A DNA stretch of 64,000 bases. Origin: an uncultured delta proteobacterium (GTDB lineage Bacteria > Desulfobacterota > Binatia > JACPRU01). A program made the position numbers and the translations under genes. How positions within the stretch are numbered: the stretch's first letter is position 1; each line of letters opens with the position of its first letter. Below the pieces are notes generated by a model. That model ran no database searches and had not been told where the DNA came from. It saw only the letters and a list, made by a program, of their open reading frames with translations. Of the stretch, positions 37,180-47,787 are shown one piece after another. The stretch lies in contig CAVUWD010000002.1 of NCBI GenBank assembly GCA_963745025.1, positions 64,001 through 128,000 on the forward strand, in the 5' to 3' direction.

Positions 37180-38187
37180 CTAAGATGATGCGGCGGCGAT
37201 GTCATCGCGCACCGCGGCGGCGATCTCGAAGGACCGCAGGCGCGCTGCATGGTCGTAGATCGAGGCGGTGATCATGAGCTCGTCGGCCTGGGTCTCCGCG
37301 ATGACCTCCTCGAGGCGGCGTCGGACGGTCGCCGGTGAGCCTTTGACCGCATGCGTGAACGACTGATCGATCATCGCCTTTGCCATCGGCGGTAGACTCT
37401 CCTCGAGGTCGTCGATCGGCGGCCCGAGCAGCCCCGTGTCGCCCGTCGTCCGCAGGCGGAGGAACATCTGCACGAGCGAGCTGAACAGGCGCCGGCCTTC
37501 GGCGTCGGTATCGGCGGCGAAGACGTTGACGCCGATCATCGCATACGGCCGCTCGATCGCGCCGGACGGACGGAAGTTCTTCCGATACGTCTCGAGCGCG
37601 GGCAGCAGCATCTGCGGCGCGAAGTGCGAGGCGAACGCGAACGGCAGTCCGAACGCGGCCGCGACCTGCGCGCTGTAGAGGCTCGAGCCGAGAAGCCACA
37701 CGGGGACGCTGAGCCCGGCGCCGGGAACGGCGCGAACCGGCTGACCCGGCTCGGCGGGCGCGAAGTAGTTGATGAGCTCGACGACGTCTTGTGGAAACGA
37801 GTCCTCGCTGCCCTCGAGGTTTCGCCGCAGCGCGCGTATGGTTGCGGGGCCCGTTCCCGGCGCTCGTCCGAGGCCGAGGTCGATGCGGCCGGGGTAGAGC
37901 GATTCGAGCGTGCCGAACTGCTCGGCGATCACCAGCGGCGAGTGGTTCGGCAGCATGATGCCGCCGGCGCCGACGCGGATCGTCGAGGTGCCGCCGGCCA
38001 CGTGACCGATGAGCACCGCGGTCGCGGAGCTGCCGATGCCGCTCATGCTGTGGTGCTCTGCGAGCCAGTAGCGGCGATAGCCCCAACGCTCGGCGTGCTG
38101 CGCGAGGTCGAGCGAGTTCCGGAACGAGTGCGCAGCGTCGCTGCCTGCGAGGATCGGAGAGAGGTCGAGTATCGAGAAGGGGATCAT
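37180..38187 (-). CDS. LLM-class (luciferase-like) flavin-dependent oxidoreductase
   Basis: [56 protein letters not shown]. Confidence 0.95.
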   Translation of the reverse strand: MIPFSILDLSPILAGSDAAHSFRNSLDLAQHAERWGYRRYWLAEHHSMSGIGSSATAVLIGHVAGGTSTIRVGAGGIMLPNHSPLVIAEQFGTLESLYPGRIDLGLGRAPGTGPATIRALRRNLEGSEDSFPQDVVELINYFAPAEPGQPVRAVPGAGLSVPVWLLGSSLYSAQVAAAFGLPFAFASHFAPQMLLPALETYRKNFRPSGAIERPYAMIGVNVFAADTDAEGRRLFSSLVQMFLRLRTTGDTGLLGPPIDDLEESLPPMAKAMIDQSFTHAVKGSPATVRRRLEEVIAETQADELMITASIYDHAARLRSFEIAAAVRDDIAAASS

Positions 38188-38314
38188 GGCGGGGTGGGAC
38201 GGCACCCGATTGATGGCGCCGCCGGTGACCAAAGTCGATAGGGGGTTCCGTATGTCGCTCGAAGGGCAGCGGAAATATCGGGAAGCCGCGGATGCCTATG
38301 CGGCGCACTGAGGC

Positions 38315-38369
38315 CAGGAACCTCGCAGGAGCCTCGCGGGAATCTCGCAGGAAGCTCGCAGGAAGCTCG
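38315..38369. repeat. Five 11-bp direct repeats (CAGGAANCTCG), probable regulator binding array
   Basis: CAGGAACCTCG CAGGAGCCTCG CGGGAATCTCG CAGGAAGCTCG CAGGAAGCTCG, upstream of the LLM gene. Confidence 0.7.
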
Positions 38370-38471
38370 GTTGATCGTCCCGAGCGTCGCGAGGCGGAGG
38401 CGCGGGCACGAAAAAAAACCTGCGCGCCATTACGTATGCGCGCAGGTTGGCAGACGGCGGAGCTTCAGCGC

Positions 38472-38840
38472 TCAGTGATTCTCGAATATCTTGCCTGTCC
38501 ACGACCGTGTGGCCAGGTCGATCTCACCTTCGGAGAACACAGTGCGGCCATCAGAGACGTGAACAAGCCCTTGCGTGCGCCAGTGGTGTTTGCCGCTACT
38601 CTCATAGGTGCCAGAACCGGTACCCGAGAGTTCCTCGCCGTTGTCCAGGTGTGCGGTCGCACAATAACTGAACGTCCCGCTTTTGCCGCCCACGAACGTT
38701 CCCGTGGCGAGAACCGTCCCGAAGCCAGTCGCGGTTCCTTCGCAATTGCCTTGCGTGACAATACTGCCGGCTGGTCCGGGAGTGAGCGTGAGCGAAGTGA
38801 ACTTTTGCGAAAATTCCCCTATCTGCTTTCCTTTCGCCAT
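38472..38840 (-). CDS. Hypothetical beta-rich protein
   Basis: AAGGAG RBS; Gly/Thr-rich beta-strand pattern. Confidence 0.75.
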   Translation of the reverse strand: MAKGKQIGEFSQKFTSLTLTPGPAGSIVTQGNCEGTATGFGTVLATGTFVGGKSGTFSYCATAHLDNGEELSGTGSGTYESSGKHHWRTQGLVHVSDGRTVFSEGEIDLATRSWTGKIFENH

Positions 38841-39023
38841 CCAATATCTCCTTACGAAAAAATGTTAGTTGGGCCTTTCGACCCGCGCTAGAAAGAGTAG
38901 CAAACGAACCGTATCACGTGACACAGTCTGCCAAGGCGGTCAACCAATTATTCGGCTCAGAATAAACGGCTGGACGACCTCTTGCGCGTGCGGCCGCAAG
39001 CCGCCCCGGCGTAGCCTGGGTCC

Positions 39024-40739
39024 ATGAGCGCGGCTCCTCCGGTGGTATCGCGGCCTTCCGCCGCAGTCGGGGCGCAGGCCCCGGTCGAGATCACGTGCCG
39101 GCGCCTCGGCTCGCCCCGCGCCGTCGAAGCCTGGAGCGCCGCCACGATGCTCGCGCTGCAGCTCGCGCTGCGCATCGCCTACGACCTGCGCCTGCGCGTC
39201 GACACCGACGAGCCCCAGCACCTGCACGTCGCCTGGGCGTGGACGCAGGGGCTCGTGCCCTACCGCGACGTCTTCGACAACCACGCCCCGCTGTTCCATC
39301 TCGTGATGGCACCGCTGGTCGCGGCGCTCGGCGAGCGCGCGGACCTGCTGATCGCGATGCGCCTGGCGATACTGCCGCTCACCGCGGCCCTGCTGTGGTC
39401 CGTCCGCCGCATCGGCCGCACGCTCTTCTGCGATCGGGTTGGCGTGTGGGCGGCGGTGCTCGTCGGAGTGATGCCGACCTTTCTACTGACCTCGCTCCAG
39501 TTCAGGGCCGACGACCTGTGGGCGGCGTTGTGGCTGGCGGCGCTCGCGACGGCCCTCGGCGGCCCGTTCACCGCGGGCCGTGCGCTGGCCACTGGAGCGC
39601 TGATCGGCGCGACGTTCGCAGCTTCGATGAAGACCTGCATGCTTTTCGCGACCCTGCTCGCCGCCGTCGCCGCGTCGATCGCGATGGATCGCGGACGCAC
39701 GATCGAGCTTCGCGATCGGCGGACCTGGACCTCGGCCGGCGCGTGCATCGCGGGCATGGCGATGGTTGCGACGGCCGTCATCGGTCTCTTCGCGTGGCTC
39801 GGCGCGCTGTCCGAGTTCGGCAATCTCGTGATCGTCCACAACTTCGCCGGGAGAGGGCGATGGGACAACCGCGTAGCGCGTGTGGCGATGTTCGTCGTGA
39901 CGTTCCCCGCGATCATCGGGCTCGGAGCGGCCGTCCTGCGGCACTCTTCGACGCGCGCGTTCGCGCGATGTGTGGTGCTGCTCGGCAGCCTGCTCTACGT
40001 CATTACGCTGACCGGACTCTGGCCGATCGTCACCCCCCAAGACTGTCTGCCCTTCTACCCCGTGCTCGCCGTGTTCGTGGTCGCGGCGCTGCTCGAATTC
40101 ATGCCGGCGCCTAGCCGCAAGACGGCCGCGCTGCTGTCGTCGATCGCGGTCGTGCAGATCCTGCTCACCCTCTGGGTGGCGCCGCTGAGCTGGGACGGGA
40201 CGCGCTTCTACGTGGGTCTCGTCGGCGACGTCTTGCGTCTCACCCCCAAGACGGCTCCCGTCATGGACCTGAAGGGCGAGACGCTGTTCCGCCTCCGCCC
40301 GTTCTTCTACGCGCTCGAGGATCTCACCTTGGAGCGACTGCGGAACGGAGAGATCCGCGACGACATCGCCGAGCGTCTTGTCGCCACGCGCACCTATGTG
40401 AGCGTCGTCGATAGCCCGAGATTTCCGCCCCGGGCCCGCGCCTTCCTGCTCGATAACTACGTGCCGGTCGGCCATTTACGGGTGGCGGGCAAGCTCTTCG
40501 GAGTCGACCCCGCCGGCTACGGCACGTTCACGATCGCCGTTGCTGGCCGCTACGCGGTGCTCTCGCCCGACGGCCCGGCCGCCGGCGTGCTCGACGGCCG
40601 TCCTCTGGAGGGAGCGCGGGTGCTCGAAGCGGGTCCGCATGCCTTTCGGCCGTCCTCGCCCGCGACGATCCTTGCGGTGGTCTGGGCTGACGCGGTCGAG
40701 CGAGGCTTCTCGCCGTTCCACCCCGGAGACGTGGAGTGA
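39024..40739 (+). CDS. GT-C fold membrane glycosyltransferase (ArnT/GT39-like)
   Basis: DTDEPQHLHVAW..GLVPYRDVFDNHAPLF, QFRAD, many TM helices. Confidence 0.8.
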   Translation: MSAAPPVVSRPSAAVGAQAPVEITCRRLGSPRAVEAWSAATMLALQLALRIAYDLRLRVDTDEPQHLHVAWAWTQGLVPYRDVFDNHAPLFHLVMAPLVAALGERADLLIAMRLAILPLTAALLWSVRRIGRTLFCDRVGVWAAVLVGVMPTFLLTSLQFRADDLWAALWLAALATALGGPFTAGRALATGALIGATFAASMKTCMLFATLLAAVAASIAMDRGRTIELRDRRTWTSAGACIAGMAMVATAVIGLFAWLGALSEFGNLVIVHNFAGRGRWDNRVARVAMFVVTFPAIIGLGAAVLRHSSTRAFARCVVLLGSLLYVITLTGLWPIVTPQDCLPFYPVLAVFVVAALLEFMPAPSRKTAALLSSIAVVQILLTLWVAPLSWDGTRFYVGLVGDVLRLTPKTAPVMDLKGETLFRLRPFFYALEDLTLERLRNGEIRDDIAERLVATRTYVSVVDSPRFPPRARAFLLDNYVPVGHLRVAGKLFGVDPAGYGTFTIAVAGRYAVLSPDGPAAGVLDGRPLEGARVLEAGPHAFRPSSPATILAVVWADAVERGFSPFHPGDVE

Positions 40740-40815
40740 GTATGCGGCTGCCAGTCTCCATCATTTCGGAAGCGCGCCGATATTCGCCCCCGGTGCCAGC
40801 TCAGCCGGACCCCGT

Positions 40816-41532
40816 TCAGTCCGAGGTGCCTTGAGTTCTAGAGGACGGCTTTCTGAACCGAAGAATCTCTCCCAAAATCCTCAACCCGTGGTGCCAGCGG
40901 AATTTCTTTCCCTGCCGGAAAGAGCGAGCCCGATAGGGAATCGGTACCTCCTGAATGGGGATCTTCAATCGGCTGGTTCTGGCGTTCAGTTCCACGCAGA
41001 GCTCGAAGCCCTCCGACTCCAGCGTGAGTTGTCGGAGGACGTCTCGATGAAAAACCTTGTGACCGGTCGCGGCGTCCGAGAGGTGAGTGCCGTACAGCCG
41101 ATTCTGTAGCCAGGTTCCAAATCGGTTGGCCATGAAGTTAGCCGGCCGCATGCCGGCCGGATACCAGCGGGATTTGAAGCGGGAGCCGTAGACGACCCGA
41201 GCTTCTCCGCGAACGATGGGGGCGAGCAGATTCGGATAATTCGAGGGAGGGTATTCCAGGTCCGCGTCTTGGATGAGGATCACGTCTCCAGTGGCATGGG
41301 AGAGGCCCGTTCGCACGGCGCGACCCTTCCCTCGATTGACCGGGTGGCGAATGAGCCGGACGCCCGGAAATCCGCCTGCTACTTCAGAGGTCCGATCGGT
41401 TGAACCATCGTCTACGACGATCACCTCCCGTTCCATTCCGAGAGATCTCCAGTCCAGGTGATCGATCTGGGCGAGAACGTCCCCCACGGTTTTTTCTTCG
41501 TTATAGGCAGGGATAATGATTGAAAGCCGCAT
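40816..41532 (-). CDS. Glycosyltransferase family 2 (polyprenol-phosphate sugar synthase-like)
   Basis: LSIIIPAYNEE, VVDDGSTD, NRGKG.AVRTG, IQDADLEY, YGSRF. Confidence 0.93.
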   Translation of the reverse strand: MRLSIIIPAYNEEKTVGDVLAQIDHLDWRSLGMEREVIVVDDGSTDRTSEVAGGFPGVRLIRHPVNRGKGRAVRTGLSHATGDVILIQDADLEYPPSNYPNLLAPIVRGEARVVYGSRFKSRWYPAGMRPANFMANRFGTWLQNRLYGTHLSDAATGHKVFHRDVLRQLTLESEGFELCVELNARTSRLKIPIQEVPIPYRARSFRQGKKFRWHHGLRILGEILRFRKPSSRTQGTSD

Positions 41533-41785
41533 GGTGGAGTCATTACGGCGAGAACGATGCAGACGCGTCTTCAAGTGGGGTACAGGCGGGCTCATCCGGC
41601 GGGCGGCGGCGAGCGGTGTGCCGCTGAAAATTGGTTTTCTCGCCCACGGCGATCACAATGAGTTGGCATTGCTCTTTATAAGAAGAGACCGCTGACCGCT
41701 AGATTGAGCGCTTCCGTATGTAGAGCGCATCGTACACGGTCGCATTGCTAGCGGACTTCGCCTGGCGAGCCTTTCGAGCGGTTGC

Positions 41786-43081
41786 GTGGTTGCGGCTCCG
41801 CGGGGCGTCCGTTACGAACCCTCCGTGGCGGCCGAGCTCGACAGTCGACGATGTCGCGTCGCCCGCATCATCGACCGGCTGAACATCGGTGGTCCCGCCA
41901 AGCACGTCACCTGGCTGACCGCCGGTCTCGAGGAGCGCGGCTTTGCGACGACCTTGATCACCGGCCGCGTGCCGCCGGGCGAGGGCGACATGGCATATTT
42001 CGCCGCCGAGGCGGGCATCACGCCGCTGGTGATCGACGACATGAGCCGCGAGCTCACGCCGCGAGACGTGATCGTCGCCTTCAAGCTCTTCGGCGTGCTT
42101 CGCCGCGTCCAACCCGCGATCGTCCACACCCACAAAGCGAAGGCTGGGGCGGTTGGCCGGGTCGCCGCCTGGCTCTACCGCTGGTCGACGCCGTCCGCCC
42201 TGATTCTCCGGCCGCGGCGCTGCGCGATCGTGCATACCTACCACGGGCACGTCTTCCACGGATATTTCGGCGCGCTCAAGTCCTGGGTGATCGTGGCGAT
42301 CGAGCGGCTGCTCGCGCGGACGACCGACCGGATCCTCGTGGTGAGCGAGCAGCAGCGTAGCGAGATCTGCGGGCGCTTCGGCGTCGGTCGGCCGGAGCAG
42401 TTTCGCGTGGTCCCCTTGGGGATCGACGTCGAGGAAGCGGCTCCCGCGCCCGGCTCGTTTCGGCGCGAGCTCGGCTTCAATGCGGTGACGCCGCTCGTCG
42501 CGATCGTCGGAAGACTCAGCGAGGTCAAGAACCACGCGATGTTTCTCGAAGCGGCCGCGCGGGTCCTCGCCATGGAGGACGAGACTTGCCGGGCTGCGTG
42601 CTTCATCGCCGTCGGGGATGGACATCTCCGCGCCGACCTGGAAGGCCGAGCGAGTGCGCTCGGCCTTGCGGACCGCGTGACGTTCACGGGCTTTCGCAAG
42701 GACGCGACGTCGCTCTATGCCGATTTCGACGTGGTCGCGCTGACGTCGGTCAACGAAGGCACGCCGGTGACGCTCATCGAGGCGATGCGCTCGGGCCGGG
42801 CCGTCCTCTCGACCGAGGTCGGCGGGGTGGTCGACATCCTCGGTGCGCGCGGCCCGTCGCTCGACGGCTTCACGGTCTGGGACCACGGCATCACGGTGCC
42901 GAGCGGAGACGTGCAAGCCTTCGCGCGGGGGCTTCGCTATCTGCTTCTCCATCCCGACGTTCGGCGCGAGATGGGGGAGCGCGGAAGGAGATTCGCCGCC
43001 GGGAGGCTGTCGGTCGAGCGTTTGCTCGACGACATCGAGAGCCTCTACCGTGAGCTGCTCGAGTCGGCGAGGGTCGTCTGA
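41786..43081 (+). CDS. Glycosyltransferase family 4
   Basis: RLNIGGPAKHV, VHTHKAKAG, HTYHGHVF, LTSVNEGTPVTLIEAM; start uncertain. Confidence 0.92.
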   Translation: MVAAPRGVRYEPSVAAELDSRRCRVARIIDRLNIGGPAKHVTWLTAGLEERGFATTLITGRVPPGEGDMAYFAAEAGITPLVIDDMSRELTPRDVIVAFKLFGVLRRVQPAIVHTHKAKAGAVGRVAAWLYRWSTPSALILRPRRCAIVHTYHGHVFHGYFGALKSWVIVAIERLLARTTDRILVVSEQQRSEICGRFGVGRPEQFRVVPLGIDVEEAAPAPGSFRRELGFNAVTPLVAIVGRLSEVKNHAMFLEAAARVLAMEDETCRAACFIAVGDGHLRADLEGRASALGLADRVTFTGFRKDATSLYADFDVVALTSVNEGTPVTLIEAMRSGRAVLSTEVGGVVDILGARGPSLDGFTVWDHGITVPSGDVQAFARGLRYLLLHPDVRREMGERGRRFAAGRLSVERLLDDIESLYRELLESARVV

Positions 43082-43230
43082 GACCCGTGTGCCGTGGCTT
43101 CCTTCATTCTCATTCTTCTCGGCAGCGAGCCCGTAGTCGCTGAAGAAGCCGTCGTTGCTCTGCGCCGTTTTTCGGCGACTCTGGCACAGAGATGCTACTG
43201 GGCCTCGGCTGCTGAACGCGTAGTGTCGCG

Positions 43231-43280
43231 TCCCTCTCCCCAACGGGACTACACGTCCCTCTCCCCAACGGGACTACACG
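43231..43280. repeat. Exact 25-bp tandem duplication
   Basis: TCCCTCTCCCCAACGGGACTACACG twice, overlapping the stop of the 43274 gene. Confidence 0.9.
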
Positions 43281-44437
43281 AACGAGGTCCCGGCGCTCAG
43301 CCCGAAGTCGGGCCAGGCCCCGGTGACGATCGATTCGAAGATGCCGTGGCCCGTGGCGTCGCCCTCGCGCACGCGCACGATCGAGTCGCGCAATTGATGG
43401 ATGCGTCGCAGCGTCTGCGGCTCGGTGGTGTCGGAGATGCGCTCGCCGTCGATGTGCCGCTCGCCGCGCCACATGCCGTGCTTCTTGCCGTCGAAGCCGA
43501 GATAGAGCGCGGTGCCGAGATAGAAGCCCGATTCGCCGACCACCTCGAGCTCGACGGTGCGGGTCTCGCCGGAGAGCATGTCGAAGTGGATCGCGCCCTT
43601 CTTCGGGCGGCGGGTACGGTCGTCGTACTGGAGCTTGGGGCGCACGCGCCCGATGCGCTCCTGGGTGCCATCGGCGTTGTTGAGATAGCCGGAGAAGTAG
43701 AAGGGGCGGCCGCCCCGCAGCTGCAGGTAGTAGTGGAACTCGTAGCGGGTGCCGTCGGGGCGCTCGAGCAGGAGCGGCGTCCAGTGAAGGAGGAACGACG
43801 AGTCGCCGAACGAGCGATCGCCGAAGTCGCGGGCGGGGCGGATGTCGGTTACGGGCGCGCCGACGTCGAGCCGGACGCCCCACGAGTGGTCGCGGAACGC
43901 GAACCAGTCGTCGGGCCGGATGTTTTCCTTCTTGCCGTCGATCGCGACCCAGCCGGAGATGGTGCCGCCCTGGTGATAGCGGACGACGTTGGAGACGATT
44001 CGGAAGCCGTGCTCGTCGCGCTGCGCGTGGCGATCCTCGAAGTAGGGCGGGAGCTTCTTCTCGAAGGTGACGTCGAACGTCAGGGGGAGAACGTCATTCT
44101 CGTCGAGGCGGATGCGGACTTTGCTGAGCGGCTCGACGACCTCGTAGGTCATGGGGCCGACCGCCGTCCGGGTCGGGTCGCTGGCGAGCTCGCGGCTGGC
44201 GCGGACGGTCCACTGCTCGTTGCCGCGGGAGATGCCGGCAAAGCCGTCCATGACGTTACGGTTCTGGTAGCGGCCGATGCCGAAGTCGATTTGTAGCGAG
44301 CCATCCTTCTTGGGGATCGAGAGCCAGATCTTCTCGGTCCAGGAGAGGTCGGATTCGGCGACGGTGGCGAAGGTGTCGACGATTTGGTGGTTCAGCGCTT
44401 CGTCGACGGAAAGGAGCTTGCCGATGTTGGGGGTCAT
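43274..44437 (-). CDS. Conserved hypothetical protein (beta-barrel/cyclase-like)
   Basis: SWTEKIW, GRYQNRNVMDGF, YEVVEPL, RYHQGG, FRDHSWGVR; GGAGG RBS. Confidence 0.75.
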   Translation of the reverse strand: MTPNIGKLLSVDEALNHQIVDTFATVAESDLSWTEKIWLSIPKKDGSLQIDFGIGRYQNRNVMDGFAGISRGNEQWTVRASRELASDPTRTAVGPMTYEVVEPLSKVRIRLDENDVLPLTFDVTFEKKLPPYFEDRHAQRDEHGFRIVSNVVRYHQGGTISGWVAIDGKKENIRPDDWFAFRDHSWGVRLDVGAPVTDIRPARDFGDRSFGDSSFLLHWTPLLLERPDGTRYEFHYYLQLRGGRPFYFSGYLNNADGTQERIGRVRPKLQYDDRTRRPKKGAIHFDMLSGETRTVELEVVGESGFYLGTALYLGFDGKKHGMWRGERHIDGERISDTTEPQTLRRIHQLRDSIVRVREGDATGHGIFESIVTGAWPDFGLSAGTSFV

Positions 44438-44687
44438 GGTGGGTCCTCCGATCTGTGGTCGTAACCCTGTTGGGAGATGGCCGGCAAGTGATCGAAGGGA
44501 GGAGTGCGATGATCGAGTGGGCGGTGGGGATTCTGCGACGGCGGGTATGACCGCGTCGAGGGGTCCGCGAGCTGCTGCGGGCTCGCATGCCGCTCCATGA
44601 TGAAGAAGGGCGAGCCGATCGGTCTTGCGTTGTTTCGACTGCGAAGGATAACTCTTTGCGGCTACGCCTATGAGAAAGGAGCCACCC

Positions 44688-45068
44688 GTGTCTGATCGAA
44701 GCCGATTCGAGAAAGGAATGGCGATCGTCCAGAAGCTCTTCGGCTCGGCCGCAGCCCGCGCCAAGATGCCGGAAGACTTTCGACGGATTACCGTCGAGAA
44801 CCTCTTCGGCGACATCTGGTCTCGGCCAGGGCTGGAGCTTCAGGAGCGCTCGATGATCACGCTCGCGGCGCTGATCGTGCTGGGGCGCGAGGCGGAGCTT
44901 CGTCTGCATCTTCGTGGAGCACGAAACCTCGGCATTTCTCGGGCGAAGATCGAGGAGATCATGATTCACCTCGCCCACTACGGGGGCTGGCCGGTAGCGG
45001 CTAGCGGCCTGCGCGTGCTCGACGAGGTGTTCGCCGCGTTGGAAGCCGAGGCGAAGGCGAGCGGCTGA
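44688..45068 (+). CDS. Carboxymuconolactone decarboxylase family protein
   Basis: LFGDIWSRPGL..ERSMITLAAL..ELRLHLRGA..HLAHYGGWP. Confidence 0.92.
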   Translation: MSDRSRFEKGMAIVQKLFGSAAARAKMPEDFRRITVENLFGDIWSRPGLELQERSMITLAALIVLGREAELRLHLRGARNLGISRAKIEEIMIHLAHYGGWPVAASGLRVLDEVFAALEAEAKASG

Positions 45069-45329
45069 GCGATCGGGACCACACCTCAGGGAGGGTCACC
45101 GCTCGCGGATTTCTGCGTTGGGGTGCATGCCGCCATCGAGCGCCTGCGGCCGCCTGTTCGCGTACCGAGGATTCGACGTGGAGCGATGTCTCGCGTATAT
45201 CCCTGGGCGTGAACCCGCTGCGCTTACTGTTCGAGGTTTCGGCGACGCGCGGGGACTGCCTCGACGGTTGCTGCGAGTGGCTCCGTCCGCGGCTCGCCGG
45301 GCGCAGGCGATAGAGGGGAAGGAACGGCC

Positions 45330-46043
45330 ATGGCGGCGGTGCTGATCCTCGGCTTCTTTCTCGGCGTCAGGCATGCGCTCGAGGCCGACCATGTGGCGGC
45401 GGTGGCTTCGCTCGCCACTCGTTCGTCGTCGTTGGCGAACACGATCCGGGTCGCCGTTGCGTGGGGCGTCGGCCACACGACGACGCTACTGGTCTTCGGG
45501 TCGGTATTGCTCGCGCTCGACGCCTCCCTCTCACCCGGCGCTGCTCGCGTGCTCGAGTCGGCAGTCGGTGTGATGCTGATCGTCCTCGGAGCCGACGTGC
45601 TTCGCCGCTCACGCCGCCAGCGGGTGCATCTGCACGTTCACGAGCACGGGGACGGTAAGCGCCACGTTCACGCGCACGCCCACGAAGAGCGGGCGGTGCA
45701 CGACCCCACGCATCATGAACACGAGCACGTTCGCGGTCTCCTTCCCCGGGCTCTGCTGGTCGGAAGCGTGCACGGAATGGCGGGAACCGCCGCCCTCACG
45801 CTGCTCTCCCTTCAGGCGCTTCACTCGATCGTCTGGGCGGCCGTATATCTGGCGCTGTTCGGCTTTGGCTCGATTCTCGGGATGATGCTCTTTTCGATGG
45901 TGATCTCTCTGCCGCTCCGATTGTCGGCGCGGCATCTGGCCTGGGCGTCGAGCGGGCTCGAGGCGGCGCTCGGCGTGGTCACGATTCTGCTCGGCTGCTG
46001 GATCGCGCTCGAGGCGACGGTTCTCGGGGCGGCGCCCGGCTAG
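45330..46043 (+). CDS. High-affinity Ni/Co transporter-like protein (UreH/NiCoT), His-rich
   Basis: LGVRHALEADHVAAV, WGVGH, His-rich loop, VGSVHGMAGT. Confidence 0.85.
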   Translation: MAAVLILGFFLGVRHALEADHVAAVASLATRSSSLANTIRVAVAWGVGHTTTLLVFGSVLLALDASLSPGAARVLESAVGVMLIVLGADVLRRSRRQRVHLHVHEHGDGKRHVHAHAHEERAVHDPTHHEHEHVRGLLPRALLVGSVHGMAGTAALTLLSLQALHSIVWAAVYLALFGFGSILGMMLFSMVISLPLRLSARHLAWASSGLEAALGVVTILLGCWIALEATVLGAAPG

Positions 46044-46322
46044 ACGTTGCCGCCGAGGTTCCGCAAATGACGATGCCGGAGAGCGCCCGTTACTTCGCAC
46101 GCGGCGTGACATCCGTTGAACGCAAGTGCTCATTTCCGCTAGACGGGCCGATCTGAGGCAAATCCTTACACCGACCCAGCGAAACGGATACCGAAAAGGA
46201 GCATACCAAGCCGTGGACAGCGAAGACCGTCCTTCCGTTCCCTCCGATATCGTGCGCGATACTCCAGCGCGCCAAATTCGTGATCGTGTCCGGTTGACCA
46301 ACCCGGTTAGGTTGGCGCTCGT

Positions 46323-47750
46323 ATGAATACCGACTTCGTCATTGGTACGGAACAGCGTCCCCTGCGAGTCGCCATCGTGGGGTCGGGCCCCGGCGGCTTC
46401 TACGCTCTGCAGTCGCTGCTCGACCGTGCTCCCTGGCGCGCCACGTGTGACATGTTCGATCGCCTGCCGACCCCTTACGGTCTGGTGCGCGGAGGGGTTG
46501 CCCCAGACCATGCGAACATCAAGGCCGTCATCAAGGTCTACGAGAAGCTCGGCCGCGACTCACGGTTTCGCTTCTTCGGCAACGTGATGCTCGGCAGGGA
46601 CATCCAGGTCACGGACCTTCGCTCGCACTACGACGCGATCGTCTACGCCATGGGCAACGAGAGCGACACCAAGCTGGGGGTTCCCGGCGAGGATTTGCCC
46701 GGCTGCCACTCGGCGACCGATTTTGTCGGCTGGTACAACGGCCACCCCGATTTCTTGCAGAAGTCGTTCCGCCTGGACGTCGAGAGCGTGGCGGTGGTGG
46801 GGCTGGGTAACGTCGCCATGGACGTCGTCCGTATTCTCGCGCGCGACCCGGAGGAGCTCGCCCCGACCGACATCGCCCAGTACGCCCTCGATGCGCTGCG
46901 CGAGGTGCGCCGGTTGAAGCGGATCTACGTCATCGGGCGACGCGGGCCGGTGCAGGCGGCTTTTTCGCCCAAGGAGATAAAGGAGATCGGGGATCTCAGC
47001 CGCTCGGACCTCATCGTGGCGCCCGAGGAAGTCGCCTTCGAGGCAACTCCCGAGCAGCGCGCCGCTTGGGACAAGGACACGCAGCAAAACGTCGAGTACC
47101 TGCTCGCCAAGGCGAAGGAACCCACGGCGGGGAGCGGAAAGCCGCGTCAGGTTATCCTGCGCTTCCTCGTCTCGCCGGTCGAGTTTCTCGCGGGACCAGA
47201 CGGCGCCGTGGCGAAGGTGAAACTGGAGAAGAACGCGCTACGTTACGACGACAAGGGGCAGGCGCGGGCGCACGGAACCGGCGAGTTCGTCACGCTGGAG
47301 GCCGAGCTCGTGATGAAGGCCGTCGGCTACCGCGGCATCCCGGTTCCCGGCGTCCCTTTCGACGAACGCAAGGGGATCATCCCCAACGTCGACGGCCGCG
47401 TCGTCGCAGGTACGCAGAGCCGGCAGCCGGTGCCCGGCGAGTACGCCGTGGGTTGGGCGAAGCGCGGGCCGACGGGGCTCATCGGCACCAACAAACCGGA
47501 CTCCGTCGCGACCGTCGACGCCATCGCGTCGGACTTCTCGGGAAAGGCTCCGCCGCCGCGGACGGCGTCCACCCCGGCGCCCGAGGCCATGCCCGAGCTG
47601 CTGCGCTCGCGGGGCGTGCGTTACGTGAGCTTCGAGGACTGGAAGCGCATCGACGCCGAGGAGATCGCCCGCGGCAAGGCCAAGGGAAAAGTGCGCGAGA
47701 AGCTTCTCCACCTCGACGAGTTCCTGGCCTTCGTCAAAGAGCGTGCCTAG
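46323..47750 (+). CDS. NADPH:ferredoxin (adrenodoxin-type) reductase, FprA-like
   Basis: GSGPGGFY, PYGLVRGGVAPDH, FVGWYNGHPD, GLGNVAMDV, GWAKRGPTGLIGTN. Confidence 0.92.
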   Translation: MNTDFVIGTEQRPLRVAIVGSGPGGFYALQSLLDRAPWRATCDMFDRLPTPYGLVRGGVAPDHANIKAVIKVYEKLGRDSRFRFFGNVMLGRDIQVTDLRSHYDAIVYAMGNESDTKLGVPGEDLPGCHSATDFVGWYNGHPDFLQKSFRLDVESVAVVGLGNVAMDVVRILARDPEELAPTDIAQYALDALREVRRLKRIYVIGRRGPVQAAFSPKEIKEIGDLSRSDLIVAPEEVAFEATPEQRAAWDKDTQQNVEYLLAKAKEPTAGSGKPRQVILRFLVSPVEFLAGPDGAVAKVKLEKNALRYDDKGQARAHGTGEFVTLEAELVMKAVGYRGIPVPGVPFDERKGIIPNVDGRVVAGTQSRQPVPGEYAVGWAKRGPTGLIGTNKPDSVATVDAIASDFSGKAPPPRTASTPAPEAMPELLRSRGVRYVSFEDWKRIDAEEIARGKAKGKVREKLLHLDEFLAFVKERA

Positions 47751-47787
47751 ACGGGCGGTTTGAATTCCGCGTGGGTCGCAAGCAGCG

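Noticed and set aside
38315-43280. CRISPR-like reading of the 11-bp and 25-bp repeats
   Set aside because: Both are tandem repeats without spacers
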